Shown: one piece after another, positions 60,041 through 64,000 of the stretch
Numbering within the stretch: position 1 is the first letter of the stretch
How the letters are laid out: each line of letters begins with the position of its first letter
NCBI GenBank assembly: GCA_963780225.1
Contig: CAWAAX010000011.1
Location: 87,691 to 151,690 of the forward strand
DNA: 64,000 nucleotides
Direction: 5' to 3'
DNA from: an uncultured bacterium
GTDB taxonomy: Bacteria; Edwardsbacteria; AC1; EtOH8
Position numbers and translations under genes: made by a program
Notes under the pieces: generated by a model
What the model saw: only the letters and a program-made list of their open reading frames with translations
Database searches by the model: none
Told to the model about the DNA's origin: nothing

Positions 60041-60076
60041 AGCTATGGTTTTTTTTAATATAATGAAAGGACCATA

Positions 60077-60616
60077 ATGCAGCAGGATGCACCCAAACCC
60101 GGCGACCTGATCGCCGTTATCAAGACCAACCAAGGCGTAATGAAGGCCCGCCTGTTCGGCGACCTGATCCCGGAAGGCGTCAAGAACTTCACCGAGCTGG
60201 CCAAGGCCGGCAAATACCGGAATGTGCCCTTCCACCGGGTGATCAAGAACTTCATGATCCAGGGCGGCGACTTCACCGCCAAGAACGGCACCGGCGGGCA
60301 TTCCTACAAGGGCCCCGGCACCAACATCGGCGACCAGTACCATCAGGAACTGTCCCATATCCGGGGGGCGCTGTCCTACGCCAAGACCGCCCAGCCTAAT
60401 TCCATCGGCTCCCAGTTCTTCATCGTCCATCCCCAGAAGGGCGCCCACTTTTTGGACCATCCCCAGGGCGGCGGACCGGCCGAGGGTTACAGCGTGTTCG
60501 GCCAGGTGTTTGAGGGATTTGAAGTGCTGGACACCATCGCCAACACCGCCACCGGGGCCAACGACAAGCCGCAGGAACCAATGGTCATTGAAGACATAGA
60601 GATCACAAAGTTTTAA
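60077..60616 (+). CDS. Cyclophilin-type peptidyl-prolyl isomerase
   Basis: FHRVIKNFMIQGGD, GSQFFI, YSVFGQV. Confidence 0.95.
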   Translation: MQQDAPKPGDLIAVIKTNQGVMKARLFGDLIPEGVKNFTELAKAGKYRNVPFHRVIKNFMIQGGDFTAKNGTGGHSYKGPGTNIGDQYHQELSHIRGALSYAKTAQPNSIGSQFFIVHPQKGAHFLDHPQGGGPAEGYSVFGQVFEGFEVLDTIANTATGANDKPQEPMVIEDIEITKF

Positions 60617-60753
60617 CAGAAACCCCAAACTCAACCCCTTTGCCTCCCCTTCTCTTCCCCCGTTGTTAGCCCCAATATTCCCCAAGAGAAGGGGACGGAG
60701 GGGATGAGTTCAAAGCAGAACTAGAACCGCTTCACAATAAAGGAGAAACGCAA

Positions 60754-61705
60754 ATGAAGACCGTAGTAAAATTGCTTGTTCTGGCTGTTATCTTCGGTAC
60801 GACAGTTGCTTCGCTGACCGCCCAGGTCCCGGTCAAGCAGGACCTGATCAAGATGCTGGAGGCCGTGCCGGCCCCGCCGGCCAGCTCCAAGGATGCCTTT
60901 GCCAAGGTGGCCGTGGCCGACGCCGAAGGCAACTTCACCTGCAGCGCCGCCAAGCTGTTCGCGGTCACCGACCAGCAGTTAAAGGATTTCGAGAACACTT
61001 ATACCGAACAGGCCAAGGCCGCCATGGGGGCCAACCCCAACGGCGTGCCGGCCGGAATGCCGGGCGCCGGAATGACCGAAGCCGATGCCAAGCGGATCCA
61101 GTCCATGACCAAGGAGCAGAAGATAGCCATGGCCATGGCTATGGCCGGAACAATGAACCAGCCGGTCCAGATGGAACCGCCCGGCAATAAAGGCCGCCCA
61201 GGAAGCCTGGATGGCGGTTTACGCCCAGACCCAGGAGGAATTTCAGCGCGGGGTGGCCATGCAGCAGGAGGAAGCAAAGCTGCAAAGGGAGTACGAACAG
61301 GCCCATAGTGAATTAGACTCCCTGCAGGCCATAGAGATCAACAAACTGCCGCAGCTGTCCACCGGTGAGATGAGCTATGCCGACCCCGTCCTGTTGAAGG
61401 CTGTGAAATTGAAATATGCCGACAAGCACATCGCCGTGGCCGACAAGCGGCTGGCCCAGATCGGGACCCGCTGGCAGACCGAGGTAACGAGAATAAAGAC
61501 CCGCAACGCCGACTTTCTTAAGAAGCTGGCGGCCTGCGGCTACGCCGAAGGGGCCAAGAACTTCTCCACCAAGAAGATCCTGTCCGACGGACAGATGACC
61601 GTAATGACAGCCATGATGACCCAGGTGGAACTGTCCCGCCATGCCTGGGAGGAATCGGCCGGCTGGCAGGGGATGAAGAAGCGGATAGCAGAGGATAAAT
61701 ATTGA
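60754..61705 (+). CDS. Secreted hypothetical protein (frameshift at about 61185)
   Basis: Signal peptide; ORFs 60754-61308 and 61211-61705 appear to be one gene. Confidence 0.6.
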
Positions 61706-61796
61706 TCAGAGGCCCCCGTTTTCCATTAAGCCCTGGACAGAACGAACATGATTAAGGTACACCGCCGGTATGGTGATCATATTTTAAGGAGGTAGC

Positions 61797-62539
61797 ATGA
61801 AACAATATATTTTTCTGGCTCTCCTGCTCTCTCTGCTTTCCGGGACCGGATCCGGATCAGAATGGTTTTTAGATTTCGAGGGCGGGGCGGCCTTCACCGG
61901 ATACAATGACGTTCAGATCCCCAGCGACAGCGGGACACAGGTTCTCCCTGGCCGATGAGATAGTCTCCTCGCCGGCCATTGCCCTGCGGTTCCGGGGCGG
62001 AGTGACCCTGGCGGAAAGGCATATGGTATTTGCCCTGGCCGCCCCGCTGACGGTGAAAGGGGATGGGACCCTGGACCGGGACATCAGACTACCAGGGCCA
62101 GCTGTTTCATCAGGGGACAGCGGTGCATTCCTCCTACCGTTTCGATTCCTACCGGCTTACCTACCGCTACTCAATTATTGACAAGCCTGCTTTCGGCCTG
62201 GGGGCCGGGCTGACCGCCAAGATCCGCAGCGCCGACATCGCCCTGATGAGCGACTCCGCCTATGCCCGCCGCACCGACCTGGGGGTGGTCCCGCTGATCA
62301 ACCTGATGGCCCGCTACAATATGACGGAGAAGGCCGGCCTGCTGCTGGAGAGCGACGCCCTGTGGTCGCCCTACGGCCGGGCCGAGGATGTTCTGCTGGC
62401 CTTCCAGTACAGCCCCAGGGAAAGTCACTCGCTCCGGATAGGCTACCGGATGCTGGAGGGCGGCGCCGACGGCGGGGGCAAAGTTTATACTTTTTCCATG
62501 TTCCATTACCTTACGGCCGGAATAACTGTAAAATTCTGA
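61797..62539 (+). CDS. Outer-membrane beta-barrel-like protein (two frameshifts)
   Basis: AGGAGG RBS, MKQYIFLALL signal, YNDVQIP..GT, FDSYRLTYRY, C-terminal VKF. Confidence 0.65.
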
Positions 62540-62550
62540 AAGATAATCTC

Positions 62551-63480
62551 ATGCCAAGTTTTCAAAGCCGCTTGTTTGTATTTCTGCTGAAATACCGGCA
62601 CCTGCTGCGCTTCCAGCGCAAGAGAACCACCACGGTCGACGAGGACACTTCTCTCCGGGTTCTGCGTCAGGAGGTGGATAAAGGCGCGGACTTCTTTGGC
62701 AAACTGCCGAAGGGTTTCCACCTGGCCCCGGTCATGATCGGAAGTCTGGCGGCCGAATGGATGAGACCCAAAAATGCGCCCAGGAACAAGGCCATCCTCT
62801 ATTTCCACGGGGGCGGGCTGGTGGTGGGTTCCATCCGGGCCCACCGGGGCATAGTGGCCAAGTTCGTAAAAAAGTGCGGGATACAATCCCTGTTGTTCGA
62901 TTACGGCCTGGCCCCGGAGCATCCTTACCCCCAGGGGCTTAACGATTCAGTTTCCGCTTACAAGTATCTTTTGAATCATGGCATCAAGCCCGGGAACGTT
63001 ATTTTCATGGGCGATTCCGGCGGCGGCACCCTGGTCTTTGCCACCCAGCTGGCGCTTAAGGAACAGGGATTCCCCCTGCCCGGCGCGTCCATAGCCCTCT
63101 CCCCCTGGACCGATCTGACCAATTCCGGCGAATCCTGGACCTTCAACGCCCAAAAGGACACCCTGTGCTGGAAGGAATCCCAGACTACTTTCAGCCGGTA
63201 CTACGTCGGGAAGAACGACCCCAGGGATCCCCTGATCTCGCCGTTATTCGGGGACCTGCGCGGCCTGCCGCCGATGCTGATCTTCGCCGGAGGCGACGAG
63301 ACCCTGCTCAGCGATTCCACCCGCCTGGCCGAGAAGGCCAAAGCCGCCGGGGTTGATGTTACATTGATCGTTGGCCAAGGCCTGTTCCACTGCTACCCCG
63401 CCTGCGCCCCGATGTTCCCCGAGGCCAAAGAGGCGATGGATGAGATCTGCGGGTTTGTCAAAAAGCATCTGAAGGCCTGA
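62551..63480 (+). CDS. Alpha/beta hydrolase (HSL-family esterase)
   Basis: HGGG, LAPEHPYP, GDSGGG, late His. Confidence 0.92.
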   Translation: MPSFQSRLFVFLLKYRHLLRFQRKRTTTVDEDTSLRVLRQEVDKGADFFGKLPKGFHLAPVMIGSLAAEWMRPKNAPRNKAILYFHGGGLVVGSIRAHRGIVAKFVKKCGIQSLLFDYGLAPEHPYPQGLNDSVSAYKYLLNHGIKPGNVIFMGDSGGGTLVFATQLALKEQGFPLPGASIALSPWTDLTNSGESWTFNAQKDTLCWKESQTTFSRYYVGKNDPRDPLISPLFGDLRGLPPMLIFAGGDETLLSDSTRLAEKAKAAGVDVTLIVGQGLFHCYPACAPMFPEAKEAMDEICGFVKKHLKA

Positions 63481-63543
63481 TGCCTGACCTCGCCGCAAAC
63501 GGCCGGGGTATTTTAAAAGTAAAGCAAACAAGGGAAACTAAAG

Positions 63544-63969
63544 ATGAAAAATTATGTAATTGAGAAAAGCACCAGCGAAGAATATGTTTTAGTTAATAAG
63601 AGTATAGTTGAATATAATTTATCGAAAGTTCCTTTTACGCAAGAAATACCTTTCGAATCAATCAATAAGGTTATAAAGGGACCAAATGGGGATATGATAG
63701 CGGGAATAAATAGTACTTTATATTGTTGGAATTGCCTGTGTATAGATGTTTTGTGGGTTAAAGAGGAGTTTCGGAAGGATGGATATGGTTCGGCACTTTT
63801 AAATGAAGTGGAAAAAACCGCAAAAGAAAAAGGGTGCAGATTAATTCATTTGGATACTTTTGATTTTCAGGCAAAAGATTTTTACCTTAAACATGGATAT
63901 GAGATTTTTGGTGTACTGGATGATTGCCCTTTGGAGCATAAACGATATTATATGAAAAAGAATATATAG
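63544..63969 (+). CDS. GNAT N-acetyltransferase
   Basis: LWVKEEFRKDGYGSALL, LDTFDFQA.DFY.K.GY. Confidence 0.92.
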   Translation: MKNYVIEKSTSEEYVLVNKSIVEYNLSKVPFTQEIPFESINKVIKGPNGDMIAGINSTLYCWNCLCIDVLWVKEEFRKDGYGSALLNEVEKTAKEKGCRLIHLDTFDFQAKDFYLKHGYEIFGVLDDCPLEHKRYYMKKNI

Positions 63970-64000
63970 TTCACACTGCTACCCGGCCTGCGCGCCGATG

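Overview
Bacterial chromosome segment with GC-rich coding regions; several outer-membrane-type proteins suggest a diderm. It has five main parts. (1) About 4-28 kb: a long minus-strand housekeeping run, L20-leader-infC-rpmI-rplT-pheS-(nitronate monooxygenase)-pheT-zapB-zapA-6S RNA-rny-ymdB-folD-(TPR membrane protein)-xseA-xseB-polyprenyl synthase-DUF212-dxs-truB-ribF-vapBC-aminotransferase-NSS transporter plus small subunit-arfB. (2) 28.7-33.8 kb: an AT-richer accessory island encoding an XRE/ImmA pair, PadR, two nuclease-like proteins, a clan-CD-like/double retropepsin fusion and a TPR protein. (3) A TetR-HlyD-ABC-2 efflux operon. (4) tmRNA, tRNA-Lys and an hsp20-hspR-degP-sigma70 operon. (5) A radical-SAM RiPP cluster and a transcarboxylase-like cluster. 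The two most striking observations are absent from the ORF track. First, both tmRNA ends are reiterated into arrays: 7 copies of the tmRNA 5' junction are separated by hairpin cassettes with 20-24 nt variable loops, and hairpin+CACCA units lie on the 3' side. Second, the RiPP cluster has two short unannotated Cys-containing precursor peptides. Many single-base frameshifts, including one in essential pheT, look like sequencing or assembly indels. All family calls are by motif recognition only; no searches were run.
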